A program made the position numbers and the translations under genes. Source: a bacterium (GTDB lineage Bacteria; UBA8248). Taken from it: 64,000 nt of DNA. Shown piece by piece: positions 19,558-28,896 of the stretch. The stretch is taken from NCBI GenBank assembly GCA_965203325.1, contig OZ241875.1, positions 2,752,001 to 2,816,000 on the forward strand. The letters are read 5' to 3'. A model generated the notes under the pieces. The model saw nothing but the letters and a program-made list of their open reading frames with translations, had not been told where the DNA came from and did no database searches. Position 1 is the stretch's first letter. Each line of letters starts with the position of its first letter.

Positions 19558-20111
19558 CGAGTCAGGGAGAGCAGGCGGGTTGGTTTTCAAGCCGGGGGCG
19601 CATTTGCCCGCATTTGCCGTGCTCGGTGAAAACCGGCGCTGCGCTATCGTGCGCGCGACGCGGGGAAGGGGTTTTTCCCCGGCGGATTGAGGCGCAGGCG
19701 GAGGAGGCTTTCTCATGGGATGGGGTGATGGAGCGGGGAAGCGTAACGGGAATGGATTCAGGGACGGCATGAAAATAAAAATAATGATATTTTCGATAAA
19801 ATCAGATAAATTCAAGGGGTTTTTCGATAAATTCCTGAAAATTTCTGACTATTCAAATGATTGTAATAAAAGGAGTTACCATATAAACCTGAGCGTCCCG
19901 CACTCAGATATGGCGCAAAAAAAAGTTTTTCGCCGCCCCCCGCATTTGCCCGCAACAGCCCGCATTTCCTCCCGCACCGCATCACGCCGGCAAAGCCTCA
20001 TTCATCAATCGGCTTTGACCCCCGCAATTGCGCGCATTCGCGCACTCGCCCGGGGCGTCCGCCCGGCCCGGCACAAGGCATTGATGATACGGGCGTTCGG
20101 GTAGCGAGCGG

Positions 20112-20498
20112 CTAGCCGGGGCGCAGGACGCTCCTGGCCTTCTCCCCTTCGGGCGTCACGGCGAGCACCTCGAGACTCGGCCGCGCGGGAGACCTCGTGA
20201 GCAGAAGCTCCACGGGCTCATCCAGCGCCATGATCTCGTGCACCTCGCCGGGGCGGAACTGCACCAGATCGCCGGGCGCGGCTTCCAGTATCTCCCCCTC
20301 CACGGCCAACCGCAGCCCGCCCTTCAAGAGATAGAGGAACTGCTCGTCATGGTGGTAATGAGGGTTGGAATGGCCCCCCGCCTCCATGCGGAAATAACCG
20401 ATGGTGGTATGGGCGCCGTCGACCCAGGCGGCGTCTGCGGTCACGTAGTCGGCGGCTTTCCCCTGGTTCTGCGCGGCGAGATTTCTGTAGATCGGCAT
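20112..20498 (-). CDS. Cupin domain protein
   Basis: PHYHHDEQFLYLLKG and GDLVQFRPGEVH cupin motifs; AGGAG RBS. Confidence 0.85.
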   Translation of the reverse strand: MPIYRNLAAQNQGKAADYVTADAAWVDGAHTTIGYFRMEAGGHSNPHYHHDEQFLYLLKGGLRLAVEGEILEAAPGDLVQFRPGEVHEIMALDEPVELLLTRSPARPSLEVLAVTPEGEKARSVLRPG

Positions 20499-20649
20499 GG
20501 AATAAACTCCTGTAGTTGAGGCGTTTACGGAAGATGGAGCGTCAGACGCATTCTAACGACACCGACTCGCAATCTGTCCAGCGCCCATGTATATTTGAGC
20601 GGCATGAGGAGTGCATCCCTCACTTCACAAAGTAATTCGGAGGCATTTC

Positions 20650-21684
20650 GTGAGCACTTCTCCCGCGGATGAGTTCGAGTATTTCTTCGACAAGCCCTGG
20701 TCGGACGGTCTTCCGGTCATCCCCCCGACGGAGGAGCGCCTGGGCCTCATGCTGGCGGGCACGAGCCGCGACCCGGACGAAGTGCTGGGCGACGTGCCCC
20801 CGTTATTGGCGCAGGCGGACGTTCGGACCATCGCCGCTCATGCCGTCATGGCCGGGTGCAAGCCGGCGTATATGCCCGTCCTCATCGGCGCCGTGGAGGC
20901 GATTCTGGAGGAAAAGTTCAACGTGGGCGGCGTGCAGGCGACGCTCTCCTGCGCGGCCCCTCTTTTGATCGTGAACGGCCCATACGCGGGGGAAATCGGC
21001 CTGCACGGCGGGCTCGGCTGTTTCGGCCCCGGGAATCGCGCCAACGCGACGATCGGGCGCGCCATCAGGCTTTTGCTCCTGAACATCGGCGGCGGAATAC
21101 CGGGCATCACCTCGATGAGCACGTTCTCTCAGCCGGGCAGGTTCACGTACTGCATCGCAGAGAATGAAGCGGAAAGCCCCTGGGAGTCTTTCGCGCAGAC
21201 GCAGGGTTTCGATGCGGGGGAGGATGTCGTCACCGCCGTGCACGTGGAAGGCCCCGTCATGTCCTGGGACGACGTGAGCGACGACCCAGAGCGCATGTTG
21301 CCCTCCATTGCGGACACCATGTCGCATCTGGGTTCGTGGAACTGCTGGGCCAACACGGATCTCGTGGTGGCGATGAGCCCGCAGCAGGCCGCGATTTGCG
21401 CCAAAAAGGGGTATTCAAAGGCGGATGTTCATGGGCGCCTTTGCGAAATCGCGGGCCGCACGGTGGGCGAACTCAAGACGGGGGGTCATTACCGGGAGAA
21501 CCGCATCAGGGACTTCCCGTTCCCCGTCGATCTGGATGATGACGATGCGTTCGTTCCGACGATCAAAGAGGCCGGGAGGCTGCTCCTGATCGTGGCGGGC
21601 GGGGTTCCGGGGCCGATTACGGCCGTCATGCACGGCTGGAACGGCAGCAGCCGCTCCGTCTCCCGCGCATTTGAGTCGTCGTGA
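20650..21684 (+). CDS. Uncharacterised WSDGLPVxPPT-family protein, paralogue 1 of 4
   Basis: GGAGG RBS before GTG 20650; shares WSDGLPV, AVMAGC, VNGPY, GPGNRANATIGRA with the next three ORFs. Confidence 0.85.
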   Translation: MSTSPADEFEYFFDKPWSDGLPVIPPTEERLGLMLAGTSRDPDEVLGDVPPLLAQADVRTIAAHAVMAGCKPAYMPVLIGAVEAILEEKFNVGGVQATLSCAAPLLIVNGPYAGEIGLHGGLGCFGPGNRANATIGRAIRLLLLNIGGGIPGITSMSTFSQPGRFTYCIAENEAESPWESFAQTQGFDAGEDVVTAVHVEGPVMSWDDVSDDPERMLPSIADTMSHLGSWNCWANTDLVVAMSPQQAAICAKKGYSKADVHGRLCEIAGRTVGELKTGGHYRENRIRDFPFPVDLDDDDAFVPTIKEAGRLLLIVAGGVPGPITAVMHGWNGSSRSVSRAFESS

Positions 21685-21707
21685 TACCCATATATATCAA
21701 GGGGTGA

Positions 21708-22742
21708 ATGGTTTTGAACGATCCTCAAGATGAATTCGAGTTTTTCCTGGAAAAACCCTGGTCGGACGGCCTGCCCGTCGTCACCCCGACCGAAGAGCGC
21801 ATCGAGCGCATGCTCTCGGGCACGAAGAGAAGCCCTGCCGAGGTCATCGGTCAGGTTCCCCCCGCCATGGGGGAGGCCACGGTCCACAGCGTGGCGGTGC
21901 ATGCCGTGATGGCGGGCTGCAAACCCGAATACCTGCCGGTCGTTCTCGGCGCCGCCTCCCTCATGCTTCGCGATGAATTCAACATGAACGGCGTGCAGGG
22001 CACGATGCACGGCGTGGCGCCCCTGATGATCGTGAACGGCCCGTATTCCGGGGAAATCGGCATTCACGGGGGCAATGGCTGTTTCGGCCCCGGCTTCAGG
22101 GCCAACGCCTCCATCGGCCGCGCGATACGCCTGATTTTGATGAACCTGGGCGGGGGCATCCCGGGCGTTTCTTCCATGACGATTTTCGGCACGCCGCTGC
22201 GCTATACCGCGTGCGTCACGGAGAACCTCCAGTTTCACCCCTGGGAGACGCTTGCCGAATCGAGGGGATACGGGGCGGAGGAGAACGTGATCACCATGGC
22301 CATGGTGGAAAGCCCGCGCCTGACCTTCGATGACGTCAGCGAGGAGCCCGGGAGGCTGCTCCGGGGAATCGCCGATGCGATGACGGGTCTGGGCTCCTGG
22401 AACATGCACGCGCCCAGAACCGACATGGTCGTCGCCATGAATCCCCAGCATGCGAAGATTTGCTCCGGTGGCGGCCTCACGCGCGCGGACGTGCACCGGC
22501 GGCTGTGTGAGCTGGCCGGCCACAAGGTGAAGGACCTGAAACAAGGCGGAAACTGGCGGCGTGAGCGCGCGCTGGCGATGTATATCCACACGGACCCCGA
22601 TGATGATGAGTTTTTCGTTCCCGTCATCAAGGACCCCCGTGACCTCCATTTGATCGTAGCGGGCGGCTGGGGATCGGGCAGTGCGGTCTGTCACGGGTGG
22701 AGCGGCGGCAGCCGCGCCGTTCATGGCGTGTATGAAGTGTAA
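21708..22742 (+). CDS. Uncharacterised WSDGLPVxPPT-family protein, paralogue 2 of 4
   Basis: Same motifs; colinear with paralogue 1 over the full length. Confidence 0.85.
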   Translation: MVLNDPQDEFEFFLEKPWSDGLPVVTPTEERIERMLSGTKRSPAEVIGQVPPAMGEATVHSVAVHAVMAGCKPEYLPVVLGAASLMLRDEFNMNGVQGTMHGVAPLMIVNGPYSGEIGIHGGNGCFGPGFRANASIGRAIRLILMNLGGGIPGVSSMTIFGTPLRYTACVTENLQFHPWETLAESRGYGAEENVITMAMVESPRLTFDDVSEEPGRLLRGIADAMTGLGSWNMHAPRTDMVVAMNPQHAKICSGGGLTRADVHRRLCELAGHKVKDLKQGGNWRRERALAMYIHTDPDDDEFFVPVIKDPRDLHLIVAGGWGSGSAVCHGWSGGSRAVHGVYEV

Positions 22743-22783
22743 TGCCGGATTTCCCGCATTCCGTCTGGTAAAGTCATTTTCCA

Positions 22784-23800
22784 ATGGATGAATTCGAGTT
22801 TTTCTTTCAAAAACCCTGGTCGGACGGCCTGCCGGTAATCCCACCTACCCAAGAGCGAATAACCGCCATGTTTTCGGGTAGCAGGCTTGAAACCTCGGAA
22901 ATTATCGGTTTGGTGCCGCCCCTCATGGGAGAGGCGAGCGCCGAGGCGGTTGCCGCGCACGCCGTGATGGCGGGGTGTGAGCCTTCGTATTTGCCCCTTG
23001 TTATTGCAGGGCTTAGAGCGCTCCTTGCGCCGAAACTCAACTTGAACGGCGTACAGGGCACCATGCACAGCGCGGCCCCCCTGATCATCGTGAACGGACC
23101 CTATGCGAAAAAAATCGGCCTGCACGGCGGCACAGGGTGCTTCGGGCCGGGTTTTCGGGCGAATGCGACGATTGGACGCGCCATCAGGTTAATACTCATG
23201 AACCTGGGCGGCGGTGTGCCGGTTTCCGCCTCGATGAGCACGTTCGGCTCGCCTGCCAGATATACGTTTTGCATCGCCGAGAACGAAGCGGAAAGCCCCT
23301 GGGAGCCGTTGTCCGTCACGAGGGGATTTCAGCAGGATGAAGATGTCGTTACCGCCGTGATGACGGAAGCGCCGCAAGGCTATATCGACGATTATTCAAA
23401 AGAGCCGGAATCTTTTTTCGTGGGTCTGGCGGATAAAATATCCACACTGGGTTCCCTGAATATATGGCTGAAAACCCAGGTGGTCGTTGCTTTGGGTCCG
23501 GATCATGCGCGCATGTGCGCGGACGCGGGTCTGGATAAAAAAGATGTTCATCGCCGAATCATGGAACTCGCGCGCAGACCCCTGGGAGAGCTGAAAAAAT
23601 CGGGCTATTGGCGTGAGGAGATGGCAGCCAAGTGGCCATTTGACGTGGATCTGCAGGATAATTCGTATCTGGTACCGGCGATCAAGGATGAAGACGATCT
23701 GATTCTTCTCGTCGCAGGGGGTACGCCCGGCCCGGTGACTGCCGTCATGCCCGGCTGGGTGGATGGCAGCGAGGCGGTCTCGACGGATTATCAACCATAA
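22784..23800 (+). CDS. Uncharacterised WSDGLPVxPPT-family protein, paralogue 3 of 4
   Basis: Starts MDEFEFFFQKPWSDGLPV; same motifs. Confidence 0.85.
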   Translation: MDEFEFFFQKPWSDGLPVIPPTQERITAMFSGSRLETSEIIGLVPPLMGEASAEAVAAHAVMAGCEPSYLPLVIAGLRALLAPKLNLNGVQGTMHSAAPLIIVNGPYAKKIGLHGGTGCFGPGFRANATIGRAIRLILMNLGGGVPVSASMSTFGSPARYTFCIAENEAESPWEPLSVTRGFQQDEDVVTAVMTEAPQGYIDDYSKEPESFFVGLADKISTLGSLNIWLKTQVVVALGPDHARMCADAGLDKKDVHRRIMELARRPLGELKKSGYWREEMAAKWPFDVDLQDNSYLVPAIKDEDDLILLVAGGTPGPVTAVMPGWVDGSEAVSTDYQP

Positions 23801-23835
23801 GTCTTTCTGTCAGCTTTGCTTGTGAGGATGAACGT

Positions 23836-24855
23836 ATGGATGAGTTTGAGTTTTTCTTTGATAAAGAATGGTCGGACGGCCTGCCTGTCGTGACGCCCAC
23901 GGAAGAGAGAATCGGTTTGATGCTCTCGGGAACGACGAGGGAGCCGGGCGAAGCGCTCGGCCACGTAGCTCCGGCAGGAGGTGAACTCAGCATTCAAAGC
24001 GTGGCGGCCCATGCCGTGATGGCGGGTTGCAAGCCCGAATACATGCCGGTGTTGATTGCCGGGTTGGAAGCGCTTCTCGATGAGCGTTTCAACGTGAACC
24101 TGATTCAGGCCACAACGAGCGCGGGCGCTCCTTTTTTGTTGGTCAATGGCCCCTACGCCAGTGAAATCGGGCTACACGGCGGTGTGGGCTGTATGGGACC
24201 CGGTTTTCGCGCGAATTTGACCATTGGCCGCGCCGTGAGGCTCATTATGATGAACGTGGGAGGAGGTATTCCCGGGGTCACCTGTCTCGGCGGTTTTGGC
24301 GGCCCCTGGCGAAACACGTATTGCATCATGGAGAACGAGGAGGAATCTCCCTGGGAGTCATATGCGGAGTCCAAAGGGTTTTCTAAAAGCGATAACGTGG
24401 TGACCATGATTCCTCTCGAAGGGCCCGTGCAGGTATGGGACGATGCGAGCCTGACGCCCGACCGGCTTCTCACGACGGTTGCCGATATGATGTCCGCCTT
24501 GGGTGGGCCCAATATGTATCGCCAAGCGGATATGGCGGTTGTCCTGGGTGCGCAGCATGCGCATCTTTGCGCTGACGCCGGAATGACTCGCAGTGATGTC
24601 CATCAAAGACTATTGGAAATGGGTGGGCGCACCATCGGGGATATCAAGCGCGGCGGCATATGGCGAGGCGAAAAAGGCGCGGATCGCTGGCCGTTTCCCG
24701 TGGATGTAAATGATGACGATTTTTTCGTGCCAGCGGTTGGCGATCCCGACGATCTTCATTTAATCGTCGCGGGAAGCAGGGGTTCGCCCTCCAGTATGGT
24801 CATGCACGGAATCACCGTGGCGTGTCGGGCCGTGAAAAAAAAATTCAACTTGTAA
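23836..24855 (+). CDS. Uncharacterised WSDGLPVxPPT-family protein, paralogue 4 of 4
   Basis: Starts MDEFEFFFDKEWSDGLPV; same motifs. Confidence 0.85.
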   Translation: MDEFEFFFDKEWSDGLPVVTPTEERIGLMLSGTTREPGEALGHVAPAGGELSIQSVAAHAVMAGCKPEYMPVLIAGLEALLDERFNVNLIQATTSAGAPFLLVNGPYASEIGLHGGVGCMGPGFRANLTIGRAVRLIMMNVGGGIPGVTCLGGFGGPWRNTYCIMENEEESPWESYAESKGFSKSDNVVTMIPLEGPVQVWDDASLTPDRLLTTVADMMSALGGPNMYRQADMAVVLGAQHAHLCADAGMTRSDVHQRLLEMGGRTIGDIKRGGIWRGEKGADRWPFPVDVNDDDFFVPAVGDPDDLHLIVAGSRGSPSSMVMHGITVACRAVKKKFNL

Positions 24856-24964
24856 ATTTGTGTAGATATGCGGGCTGTAATGCCAGGATGGCGTGGCCGA
24901 AATAGCTGTGCTCCTTGCTAAATAAATCTTTGTGAAGCCAGAAATGTTTTGGTGTTTTCTATAG

Positions 24965-24996
24965 AAAAAGCCCCGGCAAAATGCCGGGGCTTTTTT
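24965..24996. terminator. Bidirectional intrinsic terminator
   Basis: AAAAAGCCCCGGCA-AAA-TGCCGGGGCTTTTTT between convergent genes. Confidence 0.85.
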
Positions 24997-25013
24997 GTGT
25001 GATTGGTGTTTAG

Positions 25014-27275
25014 CTAATGGCCGTTGCTTTTTCCATTTTTCTTCATGACCGCCCAGCAGACGCGCTCGGGCGTGATGGGCAGGTCGTAGACTTCCGTGCC
25101 TATCGCATCGTTGATGGCGAGGGCAACGGCGGCCGGCGCATTGTTGCACGGCGGCTCGCCGACGCCGCGTGCGCCGTATGGGCCTGCGCCTTCTCCACAT
25201 TCGAGAACAACAGACTCAAACTCGCCGATATCCGATGAAGTGGGAATCAGATACTCATGAAAGCTCTGTGATCGGCAGTCCCCTTCCACCATGGTGATTT
25301 CTTCGTGGAGCGCATAGCCAATTCCCATTACCGCGCCGCCTTCGAATTGCCCTTCCACGCTTTGAGGGTTCAACGCTCGTCCGACGTCATGGGAAGCGAC
25401 GTGCTTCAAGAGATTCACTTCGCCGGTTTCGATGTCGACTTCCACTTCGCTTGCGTGAACGCCAAAGGTGTAGTCCGACCATCCGCCCATGCCGTTCATG
25501 TATCGCTCCGGATTTTCATATTCATGTCCGGGCATGTTGTAACCATGCGTGCAATGCAGTGCCTCACCCATTTTTTTGGCTTCGCCAGCCGCAGCACCGA
25601 TGCCAACTCTTCTCTCGGGAGCGGAGGCTACCCATGCCTCCCCGCTTCCTACGCGAATATCCTCTTCAGCAGCCTCGAGCAACGAAGCGGCGCCTTTGGT
25701 CACGGCTTTCCGAACCTCATCTGCGGCAAGTCGAACGGCGTGCCCCGCCATGAGTGTTTGACGGGAGCCTGCCGTGATTCCCGAGAGCGGTGTTGTGGCG
25801 GAATCTGATAGACGAGTGGATACCTGATCGAGCCTGAGCCCCAGGGTTTCAGCCGTGATGCTTTGAAGCGTAGCGCCCTGGCCGGCGCCTATGTCCGGCG
25901 CGCTCACGCGAACTACTGCGCTGCCGTCCGGCTCGAGGTGGACCGCCGCATTCGCGTCGTCATTCGGCCTTCCGTAGCCGGTGATGTTCGCCGCCGCCGC
26001 ACGCCCAATGCGTTTCCCTGGGCCTGGTTCTGTGGGTTCGCCCAAGGCCTGAAGCGCACTGTCGAGGCATCCTTCCAGATTCGGTTCGTATGGTATTTTC
26101 TGTCCGGTCGGCAGTTCCTGGTTTTTCTGGATGAAATTTTTGCGCCTGAATTCGTATTTATCCATCCCGATGGCGTCTGCAACCAGGTTCATTTGGGTCT
26201 CATATGCGAAGCAAACCTGGTTCGACCCCACACCACGCATCGCGTTGGTGATGGGATTGTTGGTGAGATAGCCGTGCGCGCGTATTTTAGCGTTGGGCAC
26301 ATCGTAGGGGCCTGCAGCGATGCACATGGCGCCCAGGAGGAATAGATTGGATTTGTACGGATAGGCTCCAGCGTCACCCACGATATCCGCTTCTACGGCA
26401 AGAATTTTCCCGTCCTTGGTCGCTCCTGTTTTGTACCTCATATAGAAAGGATGTTTTTTCGAGGTGTTTCGGATGCCGTGCTCGCGGCCCAACACCATTA
26501 TGGCCGGTCTTTGCGTATGCCAGGTGAGTAATGCCAGGTAAGGTTCCACGGTCAGCATGCCCTTGGCGCCGAATCCGCCGCCGACATATGTGCCGAGGTG
26601 GCGGACGCGGCTATGCGAGATTCCTAAAATCGCCGCAATGGCGCGATAGTATTCAATTAGCTGTGTGCCGACGCGGATGGTGATGACGCCGTCTTCCTCC
26701 ATCCATGAAGTACCGGAAGCGGGTTCCAGGAAGGCGTGTTCAGCGAGTTGCGTGGTATATGTTTTCTCAATCACCACGTCGGCTTCGTCAAACGCTCTTT
26801 TTATGTCTCCACGTGTAGCTTCAAAGTCACACGCTTGTCGCTTCTCGGCGTTAGTTTCATCGTGACGCGTTGTCCACACGCCCTCTTCCGACTCGATTTC
26901 CAATTCGATCGCAGCTATCGCGGCATCAAGCGCTTCTCTGTTTTCGGCACCTACGATGGCGAGGGCATCTCCAGTAAATTCGATCTTATCTTCCACCAGC
27001 ACCGGCTGATGGGGCAGGCCCGGCGTCCCGGAGCCGAATCGCGCGTTTGTGCCTGGAATGTCCTTTGCGGTCAGAATGGCGGCTACGCCTGGAATTTTTT
27101 CGGCTTTAGAAGTGTCGAGTTTTTTGAGGCGGCCTACGGGGACGGGCGTAAACAATACGCCGCACTGCAAAGCGCCTGCGGGGATCGCGTCTTCTCCGTA
27201 GGGCATAGAGCCATCTGCTTTCGGAATGGCGTCGTATCGAACATTCGACTTGCCGATGATATCGTAATCGGCCAT
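25014..27275 (-). CDS. Xanthine dehydrogenase/aldehyde oxidase family molybdopterin-binding subunit
   Basis: HAFLEP, GGGFGAK, AMRGVG, DIGAGQG, GQFEGG, RGVGEPP; AAGGAG RBS before MADYDII. Confidence 0.92.
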   Translation of the reverse strand: MADYDIIGKSNVRYDAIPKADGSMPYGEDAIPAGALQCGVLFTPVPVGRLKKLDTSKAEKIPGVAAILTAKDIPGTNARFGSGTPGLPHQPVLVEDKIEFTGDALAIVGAENREALDAAIAAIELEIESEEGVWTTRHDETNAEKRQACDFEATRGDIKRAFDEADVVIEKTYTTQLAEHAFLEPASGTSWMEEDGVITIRVGTQLIEYYRAIAAILGISHSRVRHLGTYVGGGFGAKGMLTVEPYLALLTWHTQRPAIMVLGREHGIRNTSKKHPFYMRYKTGATKDGKILAVEADIVGDAGAYPYKSNLFLLGAMCIAAGPYDVPNAKIRAHGYLTNNPITNAMRGVGSNQVCFAYETQMNLVADAIGMDKYEFRRKNFIQKNQELPTGQKIPYEPNLEGCLDSALQALGEPTEPGPGKRIGRAAAANITGYGRPNDDANAAVHLEPDGSAVVRVSAPDIGAGQGATLQSITAETLGLRLDQVSTRLSDSATTPLSGITAGSRQTLMAGHAVRLAADEVRKAVTKGAASLLEAAEEDIRVGSGEAWVASAPERRVGIGAAAGEAKKMGEALHCTHGYNMPGHEYENPERYMNGMGGWSDYTFGVHASEVEVDIETGEVNLLKHVASHDVGRALNPQSVEGQFEGGAVMGIGYALHEEITMVEGDCRSQSFHEYLIPTSSDIGEFESVVLECGEGAGPYGARGVGEPPCNNAPAAVALAINDAIGTEVYDLPITPERVCWAVMKKNGKSNGH

Positions 27276-27469
27276 TTGTCTGCTCCTTAAGGTAAGAGGT
27301 TTTCCGTAAATTAGGCTTGATTTTGCCAAAATTCGGCGAATCTGAGAAGCGGAAAAAACATCATTCGCATTTTCATCGGGAAATCGAATGGGCTGATATC
27401 GTAGACAATGAATGAATTGCGGGATATGATTTAGTCTCGGTTGAGTTCACATATCATTTGGAGAAAACC

Positions 27470-28000
27470 ATGGCGAACGGAATGGGATTCATCGATCCGA
27501 CGGCGGGAGGATCGGCCGCGCGAATCGAGCTTGCGCAACGGCCCGGCGATCTTTCGGGAAAGGTGGTGGGGCTCCTCGATAACACCAAGGAACAAGCGGA
27601 TATCATTTTGGAAACCTTGGGCAATGCACTTCGTGAGCAATACGACGTGGCCAGAGTCATTTCGAGGCGAAAAGAGCATTACTCGAAGCCTGCTACGGAT
27701 GAAATGATCGAAGAAATGGCCCAGGAGGTGGATGTGGCGATAGCCGCATTGGGAGGCTGAGGCTCCTGCACGTTGTGCAGTGTGCACGACACGGTTGAAT
27801 TTGAAAAACGGGGCATTCCTTCAACGACCATTATTACTGAGGCCTTCAAGAACGCGGCGGACTTTCAATTCCGCGGCAAGGGCATGGAAGGGCACCCTTA
27901 TATTGAGTTGCCTCACCCGGTCAGCAATCTACAGCCTGATGAAATGAGAGACACGACGCTCAAGTTTGTTGAAGAAGTGGCCAGCCATCTGAAAAGCTGA
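27470..28000 (+). CDS. UGSC-family selenoprotein (Sec at codon 97, TGA 27758-27760)
   Basis: ORFs 27458-27760 and 27773-28000 are in the same frame; readthrough gives VDVAIAALGG-U-GSCTLCSVHDTVEFEKRGIP; SECIS-like hairpin downstream. Confidence 0.85.
27761..27790 (+). promoter_or_regulatory. Putative bacterial SECIS element
   Basis: Stem GUUGUGCA/UGCACGAC with a G-initiated loop (GUG) beginning 19 nt after the UGA. Confidence 0.6.
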
Positions 28001-28039
28001 TTCGAATTGAGTTGAAAAGATATTTCCCAGGAGGGGCAC

Positions 28040-28822
28040 GTGCGCGAATTTGAAACATTATCCTATACGGAAGAAGATGGATTGGCGGTAGTGAAGTTCA
28101 ACCGTCCGGAGAGTCTGAACGCAATCAGCTTCAAGATGGCGGAAGAATTCGTGGAATTAACGCGAACTTTGGCCGACGCGCAAAATGTTCGCGTTGTGAT
28201 ACTCACCGGCGAGGGACGTGGTTTCAGCACGGGCCGAGACCTGAAAGAAAGCACTACGCATACGAAGGAGATGGCCGATCAATATCAGCGCTATGTGATG
28301 TCGGCGACATCGTTATGGGAACGCTTGCCCATGCCCACCATCGCCGCCATCAACGGTCATACGTTCGGCTGGGGTGTGGAAATTACCCTGGTATGCGATA
28401 TCAGACTCGCCGCGGAAGAAGCCACTCTTTGTTTTCCGGAATGCAGTTTGGGTATTTTCCCCGGAGCTGGTGGCGTGGTCTGGCTTCAAAGGGTCATGCC
28501 GGCCGGTCAGGCGAAAGAGTTGGTTTTCACGAGCAAGCGAATCGATGGCAAGGAGGCCGAGCGCATCGGTTTGGTGAACAAAGCGCATCCGCTGGATGTG
28601 TTGATGGATGAAGCCACTTCCATCGCGGAGAGGATCAGAGACAATGGCCCATTGGGTGTTCGTGGCGCGAAAAAAGTGATTGATCAGACACTCGATATGC
28701 CGCTCAGTCAGGCTATCGAGTTTTCCAACGCCCACAGGTTGCCATTGAATCACACCAAGGATTTCGCCGAGGCGCTGCAAGCGTTCAAAGAGAAGAGGAA
28801 ACCTGTTTTTACCGGAGAATAA
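28040..28822 (+). CDS. Enoyl-CoA hydratase/isomerase (crotonase) family
   Basis: NRPESLNA, FSTGRDL, PTIAAINGHTFGWGVE, CDIR, PECSLGIFPG. Confidence 0.9.
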   Translation: MREFETLSYTEEDGLAVVKFNRPESLNAISFKMAEEFVELTRTLADAQNVRVVILTGEGRGFSTGRDLKESTTHTKEMADQYQRYVMSATSLWERLPMPTIAAINGHTFGWGVEITLVCDIRLAAEEATLCFPECSLGIFPGAGGVVWLQRVMPAGQAKELVFTSKRIDGKEAERIGLVNKAHPLDVLMDEATSIAERIRDNGPLGVRGAKKVIDQTLDMPLSQAIEFSNAHRLPLNHTKDFAEALQAFKEKRKPVFTGE

Positions 28823-28850
28823 AAAGACGCCTAATCTTACTTGTAGTATC

Positions 28851-28879
28851 AAGCCTGTCCCTTAGGGGACAGGCTTTTT
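28851..28879 (+). terminator. Intrinsic terminator-like hairpin
   Basis: AAGCCTGTCCC-TTAG-GGGACAGGCTTTTT. Confidence 0.75.
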
Positions 28880-28896
28880 GTTCATTGTGACTAAAT

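Noticed and set aside
901..19620. Possible CRISPR array among the repeats
   Set aside because: No regularly spaced direct repeats with unique spacers and no cas genes
21682..21684. Sec readthrough at other TGA stops (paralogue 1, MetE-like 8560, CBS 29976, tupB 53955)
   Set aside because: These stops fall at the expected C-termini and downstream frames show no continuing homology
27773..28000. Independent 75-aa ORF starting at TTG
   Set aside because: Better explained as the C-terminal half of the UGSC selenoprotein
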